A stretch of DNA of 64,000 bases from Phycisphaerae bacterium (GTDB lineage: Bacteria; Planctomycetota; Phycisphaerae; UBA1845; PWPN01). The translations under genes were made by a program, and so were the position numbers. Location of the stretch: positions 5,045 to 69,044 of the forward strand of contig DATIKE010000155.1 of assembly GCA_035477895.1 (NCBI GenBank), in the 5' to 3' direction. The notes below the pieces were generated by a model, which was given only the letters and a program-made list of their open reading frames with translations, made no database searches and was not told the DNA's origin. Positions 39,117 to 49,143 of the stretch are shown in pieces (position 1 is the stretch's first letter; the number at the start of each line of letters is the position of its first letter).

Positions 39117-39965
39117 ATGATCCACATCGGCATGCACGTCGACAACTGGCGGCACCAGGATGCGCCGCTGAAGGTGCCGTGCGAGTTCGCGAAGAAACAC
39201 GGTCTGCAGTACGTCGAGCTGGGCTCGGTCTGGGGCGACTACTTCGTGCAGGCCCTGGGCTACAACCCGCACGTGCCGCTGCACACCGACCCCCTGCGAC
39301 TGAAGAAGTACCTTGACGGCCTGGGCTTGAAAGTGTCGCAGGTCGACGCAGCCTACCCGATCTCCTTTCCCGAGGGGCAATACCGCGGGATCCCCTACAC
39401 CATCGACGCGATCAAGTTCGCATGGGCGATCGGCTGCCCCTGCGTGGACACGACCGACGGCGCCACCCGGCCGGCCGGCTACACCGACGACGAGGTCATG
39501 GTTCTCATCAAGCAGTACTATCGCGTCATCCTCGAATGGGCCGAAAGCCACGACATCATCATCAACGTCGAGCCGCACGGCCCATACACCACCAACCCCG
39601 ACACCATGGAACGTATCCTGTCGATGTTTGACTCGCCCCGCCTACGGATGAACTTCGACACCGGCAATACGTTCATCAGCGGCAACGATCCGGTGAAATA
39701 CCTGGAGCGGTTCAAGCACAAGGTCGCCCACGTGCACATCAAGGACGTGAGCGAGTCGCTGGCCAAGGCCTGCCGAGGCGAGGAGACGGGCATCGCGACG
39801 TCGGTGGTCGCGATCGGAGAAGGCGTCAACGCCGACAACATCTCCGGCTGCATCGAGATCCTCAAGAAGATCAATTGGAGCGGCGTCCTCTCCATCGAGG
39901 CCGAGGCCGCCCCCGGAAAGATCGAGCAGTCCATCGAATGGCTGAGAAAGCAGGTCGCCAAGTGA
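39117..39965 (+). CDS. Sugar phosphate isomerase/epimerase (xylose isomerase-like TIM barrel)
   Basis: Start MIHIGMHVDNW with AAGGAG upstream. ...NVEPHGP...NFDTGN...HVHIKD... are the typical metal-ligand motifs. Confidence 0.8.
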   Translation: MIHIGMHVDNWRHQDAPLKVPCEFAKKHGLQYVELGSVWGDYFVQALGYNPHVPLHTDPLRLKKYLDGLGLKVSQVDAAYPISFPEGQYRGIPYTIDAIKFAWAIGCPCVDTTDGATRPAGYTDDEVMVLIKQYYRVILEWAESHDIIINVEPHGPYTTNPDTMERILSMFDSPRLRMNFDTGNTFISGNDPVKYLERFKHKVAHVHIKDVSESLAKACRGEETGIATSVVAIGEGVNADNISGCIEILKKINWSGVLSIEAEAAPGKIEQSIEWLRKQVAK

Positions 39966-40014
39966 GATACCGTAGCCAAAGCGCCGGATTTCACATGTCA
40001 TTTCAGGTGGATCG

Positions 40015-40263
40015 ATGGATTTTCAAGGTGCTGTCATCACCGAACATGCGGCCGAACGGATGGCCCGACGGCAGGTGAGCGAAGCGGACGTGCGAAGGGT
40101 GCCGGCCACACCGGATGTGGTGGCTTCCGCTCGACCCGGCCGAGTGGTGGCTCATGGTATGACTGGGACATATCTGTTGCGGGTCTTTGTGGATGCGGAC
40201 CGTGTCCCAGCGGAAGTCGTAACCGTTTATCGCACGAGCAAGATCGACAGGTACAGGAGTTGA
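40015..40263 (+). CDS. DUF4258-domain protein (putative toxin)
   Basis: 82 aa. ITEHAAERMARRQVSEADV...YLLRVFVD...VVTVYRTSK is the pattern recalled for DUF4258. Confidence 0.65.
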   Translation: MDFQGAVITEHAAERMARRQVSEADVRRVPATPDVVASARPGRVVAHGMTGTYLLRVFVDADRVPAEVVTVYRTSKIDRYRS

Positions 40264-40265
40264 CC

Positions 40266-40463
40266 ATGAAAACCGTCTATGACCTGGGAACGGACACGCT
40301 GACGGCGGAGTTGAAGCCCGGACCGGTGGCTGAAAGCGATGAAGATAAACCCGGTGTGATTCTGGACTATGACGCCGAAGGCAACTTGGTCGGCATTGAG
40401 GTCATGGACGCCTCAAAACGCGTGGCTGATACACGAAGCATGCAGTTTCAGGTAGCCGGGTAA
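40266..40463 (+). CDS. DUF2283-domain protein (putative antitoxin)
   Basis: MKTVYDLGTDTLTAEL...GVILDYDAEGNLVGIEVMDASKR, with AGGAG 7 nt upstream. It starts 3 nt after the DUF4258 stop. Confidence 0.65.
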   Translation: MKTVYDLGTDTLTAELKPGPVAESDEDKPGVILDYDAEGNLVGIEVMDASKRVADTRSMQFQVAG

Positions 40464-40503
40464 CGATTACACCCTGCCGGACCTTCAAGGTAAAGATTGC
40501 GCC

Positions 40504-41412
40504 GTGATCGCATCGGTAAGGAATGTGAGAATGTGGAGAGATCGGCACTTGCAGGATTGCCTTACATGGTGGGTGGTGCTCGTTCCGTGCATGATCTTCG
40601 GCTGCCAGGAGCCGATGAGGATATCGCCGAATCAGTCCCCCACGGGGCAGAAGGTCACGCAATACGCCCGCTTCCAGGCCGGCTCCACGATCTCGTACGG
40701 CATCGTCGAAGGCGACCGCGTGCGACAGATCGACGGGGATCTTTTCGGCCAATGGCGACGGACCGACAAGACGTACGACTTGGATGGCGTGAAGCTGCTC
40801 GTGCCGACGACGCCGACGAAGATCCTCGCGATGGCCGGAAACTACAAATCCCACCTGCATGATCAGCCTATGCCGAAGAACCCCGAGTTGTTCCTCAAGC
40901 CACCCTCCTGCCTGATACCTGCCGGTGCCGACATCGTCATCCCACGCGGGGCCGAGCCGGTGCATTACGAGGCCGAGTTGGTCATCGTCATCGGCAAGCG
41001 GGCCGAGAAAGTGCCCAAGGATAAAGCCCTCGACTACGTTCTCGGCGTGACCTGCGGAAACGACGTGAGCGCCCGCGACTGGCAGGCCAACGACAAACAA
41101 TGGTGGCGGGCCAAGGGCAGCGATACGTTCGGCCCCTGCGGCCCGTTCATCGTCTCCGGGATCAATTACGACAACCTGCTCCTGCAACTCCGCCTGAACG
41201 GCCAGGTCAAGCAGGAACAGAGAACGAAGGATCTGATCTACGGCGTGGCTGATATCATCAGCTTCGCCAGCCGACACATGACCCTCGAGCCCGGCGACCT
41301 GATCTACACCGGCACGCCCGGCACCACTGGCCCGATGAAACCCGGCGACATCATCGAAGTCGAAATCGAGAACGTCGGCGTGCTGCGTAACGGCGTCACC
41401 GCGGCGAAGTGA
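40504..41412 (+). CDS. Fumarylacetoacetate hydrolase (FAH) family protein
   Basis: ...NYKSHLHD...PKNPELFLKPPS...HYEAELVIVIGK...GVTCGNDVSARDWQ...K..DTFGPCGP... The start is uncertain. The N-terminal extension contains a lipobox-like VPCMIFGC. Confidence 0.85.
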   Translation: MIASVRNVRMWRDRHLQDCLTWWVVLVPCMIFGCQEPMRISPNQSPTGQKVTQYARFQAGSTISYGIVEGDRVRQIDGDLFGQWRRTDKTYDLDGVKLLVPTTPTKILAMAGNYKSHLHDQPMPKNPELFLKPPSCLIPAGADIVIPRGAEPVHYEAELVIVIGKRAEKVPKDKALDYVLGVTCGNDVSARDWQANDKQWWRAKGSDTFGPCGPFIVSGINYDNLLLQLRLNGQVKQEQRTKDLIYGVADIISFASRHMTLEPGDLIYTGTPGTTGPMKPGDIIEVEIENVGVLRNGVTAAK

Positions 41413-41489
41413 CTTCGTCCACCTGGCCGGCCGCTCCGAATAACCGGTACTGTTCCGCGTTCAGCCCGGCCGACATACAATCCGCGTCC

Positions 41490-42278
41490 ATGCCGGCAAC
41501 GATCATCGACACCCACTGCCATCTGACGGACAAGGCGCTCTTCGAGCGTCGTCGGGAGGTCGTCCAGGACGCCGTGCGAGCAGGCGTCACGCGCATGATC
41601 GAGGTCGCATGCACGCCGGCCGACCTGGAACCCGCGCTGCAGTTGCGAAAGGAGTTCCCAGGGCACGTCGCACTGGCCTGCGGGATTCATCCTCATGAGG
41701 CCGGCAAAGTCATAGAGGCTGAGATTGAGCGATTCGCCCGGCTATGGCACGAAAACACCGCTGTCGTCGCCGTTGGCGAAATCGGGCTGGATTATCACTA
41801 CGATTTCAGCCCGCGCGACGTGCAGCGGACAATCTTTCGTAAGCAACTCGACCTGGCCGCGGACACGTCGCTGCCGATCGTCATTCACTCCCGCGAAGCC
41901 CACGACGACGTGGTGACGATCCTCAGGGAGTGCGGCTACGTCGGCCGGAAGGTCGTTTTTCACTGTTTCGGCGGTGACGCCGCGCAGGCGGCCGAGTTGC
42001 GGTCCCTGGGTTGGCGGGCCTCGTTCACCGGCGTCCTCACATTCAAGGGCGCCGTAAACATCCGGCAGGCATACCTGGAAACCCCTGCCGACATGCTCAT
42101 GTTCGAGACCGATTGCCCCTACATGTCCCCCGAGCCGGTCCGAATGATCCGTCCCAACGAACCGCAATACCTCGTCCACACCGTCCGCTTTGCCGCCTCT
42201 CTGCGCGGAATCACTTTCGAGGCCCTGGCCGGACAATCAACCGCCAACGCCGTCGATTTCTTCAACCTCGCTCACTGA
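41490..42278 (+). CDS. tatD: TatD-family metal-dependent hydrolase
   Basis: Start MPATIIDTHCHLTD. ...AVGEIGLDYHY...PIVIHSREA...HCFGG...ETDCPYM. Confidence 0.88.
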   Translation: MPATIIDTHCHLTDKALFERRREVVQDAVRAGVTRMIEVACTPADLEPALQLRKEFPGHVALACGIHPHEAGKVIEAEIERFARLWHENTAVVAVGEIGLDYHYDFSPRDVQRTIFRKQLDLAADTSLPIVIHSREAHDDVVTILRECGYVGRKVVFHCFGGDAAQAAELRSLGWRASFTGVLTFKGAVNIRQAYLETPADMLMFETDCPYMSPEPVRMIRPNEPQYLVHTVRFAASLRGITFEALAGQSTANAVDFFNLAH

Positions 42279-44764
42279 GCCGGCGCGGAAGCGATCGGCT
42301 TGCTCGGGCCCGCCTTCTCCAGGGCCTCGACCACGGCCGAGGCGGAGAACAGCAGCTCGTCCAGCAGGATCGGCTCGTCGGGTCGGCCCGCCGGATAGAT
42401 GACGTACATCGGCACGCCCGAGCGGCCGAAATCCTCCAAATCCTTCTTTATCTCGGGATCAAACGACGTGTAATCCGCCTTGAAAGGCACAACACCGAGC
42501 CGACGCATGGCTTCGCGGACCTCCCGCGAACTCAGGATAAGCCTTTCGTTCGTCTTGCAGGTCGCGCACCAGTCCGCGGTGTAGTCGACGAAGACGGTCT
42601 TGCCCGCCTTGACCGTCTCCGTCACCCCTTGCCGGGTGTAGACCACCCAGGGAATGTCCGGACCATCCCAGCCCCGCACGATGCCGATCCCGCCGGCCCG
42701 CACCGCCCTCTGGGCCGCCGCCAGTTCGGGTATCGTGTGCACCACCCGGAAGCACAGCACCCACCCGCCGACGACAAGAATCGCGATGATCGACCAGGAA
42801 CGCAACTTGCGGGCGGGCGGCGCGTCGAAACCCAGTCGTCCGTATACCCACGCCGCCACCGCCACCAGCAGCAGGAATACCAGTGCCCACTGCAAACCGT
42901 CGCCGCCGATCTGGGCGGTCAGCGGATTGAGCAGCCACACGACCGTCGCCAGCAGGCAGAAGCCGACGAGGTGCTCGAACGTCGCCATCCACGCTCCAGG
43001 CCGCGGGATGATCTTGATCCACGCCGGCTGGGCCGCCAGCAGCAGGTACGGAAACGCCATGCCCACACCCGCGGTCGCGAAGATCAGCAGCCCGTTGGCG
43101 GGCGGCTGCTTCACAGCGATCGCCACCACCGCGCTCAGGAACGGCGCCGTGCAGGCCGTGCCCAGAAACGTCGCCAGAAGCCCCATGCCGAACGCGCTCA
43201 AATGCCCTTCACGCTGCACCTTCCCGCCGAGTTCGTTGACCACCGTCGGCGGGTTCAGCGAGAACACGCCGAACAGGCTGAGCGCAAACGCCAGCACCAC
43301 CGCCGACAACCCGATCACAACCTGCGGGCTCTGAAAAAGACCGCCCCACTGCTGGCTCACCCCGAGGTACTGCCCCAGCCCGATGATAATCCCGCCCAGC
43401 ACCAGGAACGACACCTCGATTCCCAAAGCGAATACCGCCCCCAGTGTGAAGATCCGCAACCGGCTCTCCCCGGCCTGCTGGACAAACGACAGAATCTTGA
43501 TCGAAATGACCGGCAGAACGCAGGGCATCAGGTTCAGGATGAAACCCCCGATCAACGCCATCACCAGGTAGCCCACAATGCCCAGGCCCGCCAGGCGGGC
43601 CTGAACGCGCTGCAGCCAACTGCCTGCCTCCCGTGTGCCCGATCCTTCAGCCGAACGTTGTGTCCCCGCTCCGGGTCCCGATTCCGTGAAGACATCTTCG
43701 TTAACGGACCGGACGGCCTCGCCCACTCGGGCGATCGGCAGTGTGACCTCCCACTCCGCGCCGGTTGGCGGGTAACACTGCTTGGTTTTGTCCTCGCACG
43801 CCTGATAGGTGAGCACGCCGCCGATCCGAACCCGCTCCCCTTCCAACTCGTTGTCCGCCTCGATCGGCAGGACAATCACCGTCCGGCCGCTGTAAAGCGA
43901 TAACTCGCCAAGCTCGCTTTTCTCGATCCTGCCAGCCGGAAATACGGGCTGCTCGAAGTTCAGCCCTTCGACCTTGTAAGGAAACACGTCTGTGGGGATC
44001 AGCCCCTTGATGAGCGGTTTATTGGAATTGACATGGAAACCCGGCTCGACCTCCAGCACGACGGCCACGCGAAACTTCGCACCCGGCGCCAGCCGATCCA
44101 CGTCCGCCGCTGCCGTCAGTGTTTCCAGATGTTTGGCCTTGGCCGCTTCAAGCGGAAGTCGTCCGCCGGCGTATTTGAAATCATCAGCGTGTGTCAGCTT
44201 TGCCTCGCTCGCCCCGGCCGCCACCGGAAGCTTCAACTCAAGCTCCTGCGTCTCGATCACGCAGACTTCCCGGCAGGCCAACCAGCGCGCATTAGCTCCA
44301 ATAACCACCTCGCCCCCCGGCTTGAGGTCGGCCGGCACTTTCAACACGGTCAACAGAACCGGCTCGCCTTCCAGGACGTACGTGTGGGCGCCGATCGCAT
44401 CGACGTGCCGCTTGGGGAGTGGAAAACGAATCGGGCCAACCTCGAAACCCTCCGGCATAATCCACTTGAAGCTCGGAGCCATTCCCCCTTCGCCGGAGTT
44501 CTGCCAATAGATGTGCCAACCTTCGGCAATCTCGAACCCGATACCCAACTGGATGGCTTGGCCGGGAACCAGTGCGCTGCGATCCGCGAACAGACGGGCT
44601 TTGACCTTGGCCACCTTGACTGGAAGCTTCTCAGCCGGAGCCGACAGCCCGGTAGGCGGGACGAAAGTCTTGTCCTGAAGCTGGCCCCATCCGGTTTCAC
44701 CAGCAACCCCAAACCAGAAAACGACCCAAGCCCCCCATGAGCGCCAAAGCCGGGAAGTAGTCAT
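42272..44764 (-). CDS. dsbD: DsbD-family thiol:disulfide interchange protein (extended N-terminal domains, TM core, C-terminal thioredoxin)
   Basis: TM-core motif LNLMPCVLPVISIK and a second TM Cys (FLGTACTAPFL). C-terminal thioredoxin DYTADWCATCK. N-terminal signal peptide. Confidence 0.85.
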   Translation of the reverse strand: MTTSRLWRSWGAWVVFWFGVAGETGWGQLQDKTFVPPTGLSAPAEKLPVKVAKVKARLFADRSALVPGQAIQLGIGFEIAEGWHIYWQNSGEGGMAPSFKWIMPEGFEVGPIRFPLPKRHVDAIGAHTYVLEGEPVLLTVLKVPADLKPGGEVVIGANARWLACREVCVIETQELELKLPVAAGASEAKLTHADDFKYAGGRLPLEAAKAKHLETLTAAADVDRLAPGAKFRVAVVLEVEPGFHVNSNKPLIKGLIPTDVFPYKVEGLNFEQPVFPAGRIEKSELGELSLYSGRTVIVLPIEADNELEGERVRIGGVLTYQACEDKTKQCYPPTGAEWEVTLPIARVGEAVRSVNEDVFTESGPGAGTQRSAEGSGTREAGSWLQRVQARLAGLGIVGYLVMALIGGFILNLMPCVLPVISIKILSFVQQAGESRLRIFTLGAVFALGIEVSFLVLGGIIIGLGQYLGVSQQWGGLFQSPQVVIGLSAVVLAFALSLFGVFSLNPPTVVNELGGKVQREGHLSAFGMGLLATFLGTACTAPFLSAVVAIAVKQPPANGLLIFATAGVGMAFPYLLLAAQPAWIKIIPRPGAWMATFEHLVGFCLLATVVWLLNPLTAQIGGDGLQWALVFLLLVAVAAWVYGRLGFDAPPARKLRSWSIIAILVVGGWVLCFRVVHTIPELAAAQRAVRAGGIGIVRGWDGPDIPWVVYTRQGVTETVKAGKTVFVDYTADWCATCKTNERLILSSREVREAMRRLGVVPFKADYTSFDPEIKKDLEDFGRSGVPMYVIYPAGRPDEPILLDELLFSASAVVEALEKAGPSKPIASAPAQ

Positions 44765-44947
44765 CGGATCTCTCTTTCCAGCAAGAGATTACGTACGCGC
44801 CGGACTCGGAATCCTCGACCGGGGACGGTCGCCGGGCGAGGCCTTGCCGTCCCGCCCCGGCCTTCATGCTACGCTCGTGTCCCGGTGCCGGCCGGCCGGA
44901 TTATCGTCGCCTTGAGAGGATAAAGCGCTACGTCAAGTCTCTCACTC

Positions 44948-44975
44948 TTGACCGCACCGGGCGAGCCATTATAAT
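44948..44975 (+). promoter_or_regulatory. Near-consensus sigma-70-type promoter TTGACC-N16-TATAAT
   Basis: TTGACC at 44948-44953 and TATAAT at 44970-44975, with a 16-nt spacer. The -10 lies inside a perfect 12-nt palindrome CCATTATAATGG. Located in ~1 kb of DNA with no credible CDS. Confidence 0.4.
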
Positions 44976-45759
44976 GGACTTGCTGGTAGTGCGCGAGCAA
45001 TCGCGCAACTTGTTTTCCATCATGAGGTTGCGGAGCCAGGCGCGCATCGGATCGGATGTGCGGAAGTGCGACCGCGACCCGGGCATCGAGGTGGCTGCGG
45101 AACGATCCGCGGTCACGATGCGTGGAGAGTGATTCGATGACCTGAACGCGCGATGGCCTGGCAAGTGTGGGGGTCGGCTTCTTTCAATCCGATCGGGCCA
45201 TGCGATCAGCCAGGGCGTGTTCAGCGGGTGAGCCTGCCAAGATGGCGGGACGCAAGCAGGGTTTCGGTATTGCCGAGGCGCCGGTCGAGCGGGCGCAGGC
45301 TGCGTGATGTGAATCGGGAACAGCCGATTCCATGAAGCGCGTTGCCGTTCGTTACCGTGGCCAAGGCCGGCTTGGGCGGATAACACTGCAGGAGCGATGA
45401 GCACAGGATGAAAAACCGCGGCCACCGTGCGGGATATGATCCTGCCGGCGGTCGGCAAGAACGGGCGATCGCTCGATTCAGTGAGATTCCGACCTGGCGC
45501 AACCTGAACCGAAGGCCTGACAGCGCGGTCCGCCGACGTGCTTGGTGCGCCCCTGAAGCGCGGCGATCCGCCCCGCTTCAATCCTTCCGGTCGGCATCGG
45601 CCGACTCTCCCCATCCCGACTCGATCCCGATGTGAGACAACGACGGACCGACTGGACGGCTCGACCCCGACGTGCCGCCCTTGTGGCGAACCGACATGGG
45701 GCGGGCATTGGGCATAAGTGACATGTTCGAGCGCAGCAATCAAACAGAAAGGTGGAACC

Positions 45760-47343
45760 ATGGGACTGCCCTTCGTTTTGGCAGCCATGCCGACCTGGGT
45801 GCTTCCTGTTTTTGTCGGTGGGGCGATCGGCGTCTGCCTGATGTACGGACTTCTCGTACTCATGGGCAAGAAGCAGATGATCCTCGCCAAACGGGAAGCG
45901 GAAAGAACGGTCGGCGAGGCCAGAAACCAAGCAGATGTCATCGTCAAGGAAGCACATGTTGACGCCAAGGCCCAGTTCATTCAACGGCTGGAGGAGTTCG
46001 AGAAACAGACGTCGAAGGTCCGGGACGAACTGAAGGAGGCGGAACGGCGACTCGAGAAGCGGGCGGACAATCTGGACAAGAAACTGGATACCCTGGCCGC
46101 CAAGGAGCGGATGCTCGAACAGGGCGATCAGCAGATCCGCGAACGCCAGGAGAAGCTGGGCCAACAGGAGGAGGAAATCCGCCACATTCTGGAACAGGAG
46201 CGGCAACAACTGCTCCGGATCAGCGGGCTGGGCATCGAAGACGCCAAGGCGATTCTGCTCAACCAGCTTCGCAACGAGGTCGAACACGACGCCGCCCAGA
46301 TGGTCGAGAGGGTCGTCAGCGAGGCCAAGGAGACCGCCCACGAAAAGTCCCGCGAAATCGTCATCACCGCGATCCAGCGCTACGCCACCGAACACACCAG
46401 CGCCAGCACCGTCAGCACGGTCGATATCCCCTCCGACGACATGAAGGGTCGAGTCATCGGGCGCGAAGGTCGAAACATCCGGGCCTTCGAAAAGGCGACC
46501 GGAGTGGACGTGATCGTCGACGACACACCCGGCGTGGTCGTGGTCAGCGCGTTCGACCCGGTGCGCCGCGAAATCGCCCGGCTGGCACTCGAACGACTCA
46601 TCCAGGACGGGCGGATCCACCCGAGCCGGATCGAGGAAATCGCCCAGGAGGTCGGCCAGGAGGTGGCCCGCGAGATCGTCGAGCGAGGCAAGAAGGCCGC
46701 GGTCGAGGCGAACGTCGGCGGGCTGAACCGCAAGCAGATCGACCTGCTCGGCCGGCTCAGCTACCGCACGAGCTACGGCCAGAACGTGCTCCAACACAGC
46801 ATTGAGGTGGCCTTCCTGTGCCAGGTCATGGCGGACGAACTCGGCCTGGACGGCACGCTGGCCCGGCGATGCGGCCTGCTGCATGACATCGGCAAGGCCG
46901 TCGACCATGAGGTCGAGGGCGGGCACCCGCAGATCGGGGCGGACATCTGCCGGCGGTTCAACGAGCGGTCGGAGGTGATCAACGCGATTGCCGGGCACCA
47001 CGGCGACATCGAGGCCACCAGCCCGTACACGCCGCTGGTGGCGGCCGCCGACGCGGTCAGCGCGTCCCGCCCGGGCGGCCGACGCGAGTCGCTCGAGCGC
47101 TACATCAAGAGACTTGAGCAGTTGGAGGCGATTGCCACCTCGTTCAACGGAGTCCGGCAGGCCTACGCCATCCAGGCCGGCCGAGAGGTCCGGGTCATCG
47201 TCGACGCCAGCCGCGTCGACGACAGCACCGCCGCCAAGACCGCCTACGAGATCGCCAAGAAGATCGAGGCCGAGATGACCTACCCCGGTGAGGTGAAGGT
47301 CACTCTCATCCGCGAGGTCCGGGCCACGGAGTACGCACGGTAG
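45760..47343 (+). CDS. rny: Ribonuclease Y
   Basis: Start [21 protein letters not shown] (N-terminal TM) with AAAGGTGGA upstream. Coiled-coil region. KH domain ([15 protein letters not shown]). HD domain ([12 protein letters not shown]...AGHHGD). Confidence 0.92.
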   Translation: MGLPFVLAAMPTWVLPVFVGGAIGVCLMYGLLVLMGKKQMILAKREAERTVGEARNQADVIVKEAHVDAKAQFIQRLEEFEKQTSKVRDELKEAERRLEKRADNLDKKLDTLAAKERMLEQGDQQIRERQEKLGQQEEEIRHILEQERQQLLRISGLGIEDAKAILLNQLRNEVEHDAAQMVERVVSEAKETAHEKSREIVITAIQRYATEHTSASTVSTVDIPSDDMKGRVIGREGRNIRAFEKATGVDVIVDDTPGVVVVSAFDPVRREIARLALERLIQDGRIHPSRIEEIAQEVGQEVAREIVERGKKAAVEANVGGLNRKQIDLLGRLSYRTSYGQNVLQHSIEVAFLCQVMADELGLDGTLARRCGLLHDIGKAVDHEVEGGHPQIGADICRRFNERSEVINAIAGHHGDIEATSPYTPLVAAADAVSASRPGGRRESLERYIKRLEQLEAIATSFNGVRQAYAIQAGREVRVIVDASRVDDSTAAKTAYEIAKKIEAEMTYPGEVKVTLIREVRATEYAR

Positions 47344-47371
47344 AAAACGCGGAATCAGCCAAAGTCGAACC

Positions 47372-47650
47372 GTGCGAATCGGGAAGTTGGAGCGGTGGCA
47401 CAAGGGCCTCAAGAGCGAGTGCATCCGGCCGGGCACGCCGCTGTCTCTCGACGATGCCCGGCGGTTGGTGGCCGGTTACGTGGAGCATTACAACACGATC
47501 CGGCTGCACAGCGCCATCGGCTATGTGGCCCCGGCGGACAAGCCGGCCGGGAGCCGGCGATCTTCACCGAACGGGACCGCAAGCTGGAGGAGGCTCGTCA
47601 ACGGCGAGCGGTTCAACGGGCTGCAGCGAGGACTAAGCCCTGCGGGCCCA
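47372..47650 (+). pseudogene. Frameshifted C-terminal fragment of an rve-type (IS3/IS481-like) integrase/transposase
   Basis: ...LKSECIRPGTPLSLDDARRLVAGYVEHYNTIRLHSAIGYVAP.... The continuation (ERDRKLEEARQRR) lies in another frame. No catalytic core is present upstream. Confidence 0.65.
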
Positions 47651-48013
47651 TGATCGCGGCATTGCCTTTCGCCGCCAGCGGACTTGCAACGACGATGGGC
47701 GAAAGGGATAATTTTCAGTTAGCCGGTGAAACGGAAGCGGGCTCTGGAGGCGTCCAACCCGCCAGGGATAGCCGGTCGGGTTTTCGACGAATGGTCGCGG
47801 GGAACGGAGGTCGCGATCCGTCCCCCAACCCTCATCCACCATTCGGAGCATTCCCCTATGCCCAAAACGAAAAAATCCGACGGCGGGATGTACGTAAGGC
47901 ACGTGACCTTACTCTCCAATTCAGGCTGAGCCAGGACAGCGAACCGGCCCGAGGGTCGGCGCAATGACCCCGCCGCGATAATCGATCTGCCGGCCCTGCC
48001 TGCGGCAGGCAGG

Positions 48014-49021
48014 TTGGAAGGACCTAGACCCTTGGAATCCCGACTCATCAGCATCGTGGTCCCGGTGTTCAACGAGCAGTTCTCGCTTGAGGGGCTGTGG
48101 CAGGAAATCCACGAGGTGGCCGCGAGCCAGAACCTCCAGGTGCAGACTGTTTTCGTTGATGACGGCAGCACGGACGACAGTTGGGGGGTCATCAGCCGGC
48201 TGGCCGAGGCGGACTCGCGGGTCGGCGGCATCCGTTTCCGCAGCAACGTCGGCAAGGCCGCCGCCCTGATGGCCGGCTTCGCCGCCGCCCGCGGCCAGGT
48301 CGTCATCACCATGGACGCGGATCTGCAGGACCCGCCCGCCGAAATCCCTCGTCTGCTGCAGGGCCTCGACAACGGCTTCGACGTGGTCAGCGGGTGGAAG
48401 CAGCACCGGCTCGACCCCTGGCACAAGGTCTATCCCTCGTGGGTGTTCAACAAGCTGATCGGCTGGCTGACCGGGGTGAAGCTGCACGATCACGTATGCG
48501 GCCTGAAGGCCTACCGGATCGAGGCGGCTCGGCAACTGCGGATCTACGGTGAGCTGCATCGTTTCCTGACCGTGTTCGCCGCCGCCAAGGGATTCCGGGT
48601 CACGGAGATTCCGACGCGCCACCGACCGCGGACGACGGGAGTGGGCAAGTACGGATTCGCCCGGTTCACCAAGGGTTTCCTGGACCTGATCACGGTGCTG
48701 GTGCTGATACGCTACCGCTGGCGGCCTCAGCATCTCATCGGCAGCGTGGGGGTCTGGGCCGCGATCCTGGGCGCTTTCTTCTTCGCGATCTGTCTCTTCC
48801 TCGGCAGACACTGGGGCTTTCTGGGTGCGCCGCTGGCCGGCCTGATCCTGATCGCCGTCGGTCTCGTGGCCGAGATCATCATCCACGAGCATCCCCTGGA
48901 CGGCCTATACGACGTGTCCGAGCGCGTCGGCTGGTGCCAACACACCGGCGAGACGCCGGTGCCACACGAGGCGAGACACCGGCGAGACGCCGGTGCCGCA
49001 CAAGGCGGGAATGAACCATGA
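48014..49021 (+). CDS. Family 2 glycosyltransferase (polyprenyl-phosphate sugar synthase / Dpm1-like) with C-terminal TM helices
   Basis: ISIVVPVFNE...VDDGSTDDS...TMDADLQDPP..., followed by 2 TM helices. The last ~30 codons are encoded by repeat DNA, so the true C-terminus is uncertain. Confidence 0.8.
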   Translation: MEGPRPLESRLISIVVPVFNEQFSLEGLWQEIHEVAASQNLQVQTVFVDDGSTDDSWGVISRLAEADSRVGGIRFRSNVGKAAALMAGFAAARGQVVITMDADLQDPPAEIPRLLQGLDNGFDVVSGWKQHRLDPWHKVYPSWVFNKLIGWLTGVKLHDHVCGLKAYRIEAARQLRIYGELHRFLTVFAAAKGFRVTEIPTRHRPRTTGVGKYGFARFTKGFLDLITVLVLIRYRWRPQHLIGSVGVWAAILGAFFFAICLFLGRHWGFLGAPLAGLILIAVGLVAEIIIHEHPLDGLYDVSERVGWCQHTGETPVPHEARHRRDAGAAQGGNEP

Positions 49022-49041
49022 ACATCCGCCCCCAACCAATC

Positions 49042-49125
49042 ACACCGGCGAGACCTGTCTGCGTGCGTACCTGCCTGTGCGTGTGCGCACGCAGACAGGC
49101 ACGCACAGGCAGACGCCGGTGCCAC
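49042..49125. repeat. 84-nt nested palindromic element (family 2, long form)
   Basis: acaccggcgagac-[ctgtctgcgtgcgtacctgcctgtgcgtgtgcgcacgcagacaggcacgcacaggcagac]-gccggtgccac. The reverse complement is nearly identical to 51144-51223. Short forms without the 60-nt core occur at 48941-48970 and 48975-49004. Confidence 0.7.
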
Positions 49126-49143
49126 ACGAGTTGAGGATGCACT

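Noticed and set aside
44928-45980. 350-aa minus ORF, and small plus ORFs 44866-45132, 45153-45335 and 45408-45635
   Set aside because: No recognisable domains, junk composition, and overlap with the rny start region. A weak HYN-containing stretch in another minus frame did not convincingly resemble an rve integrase tail.
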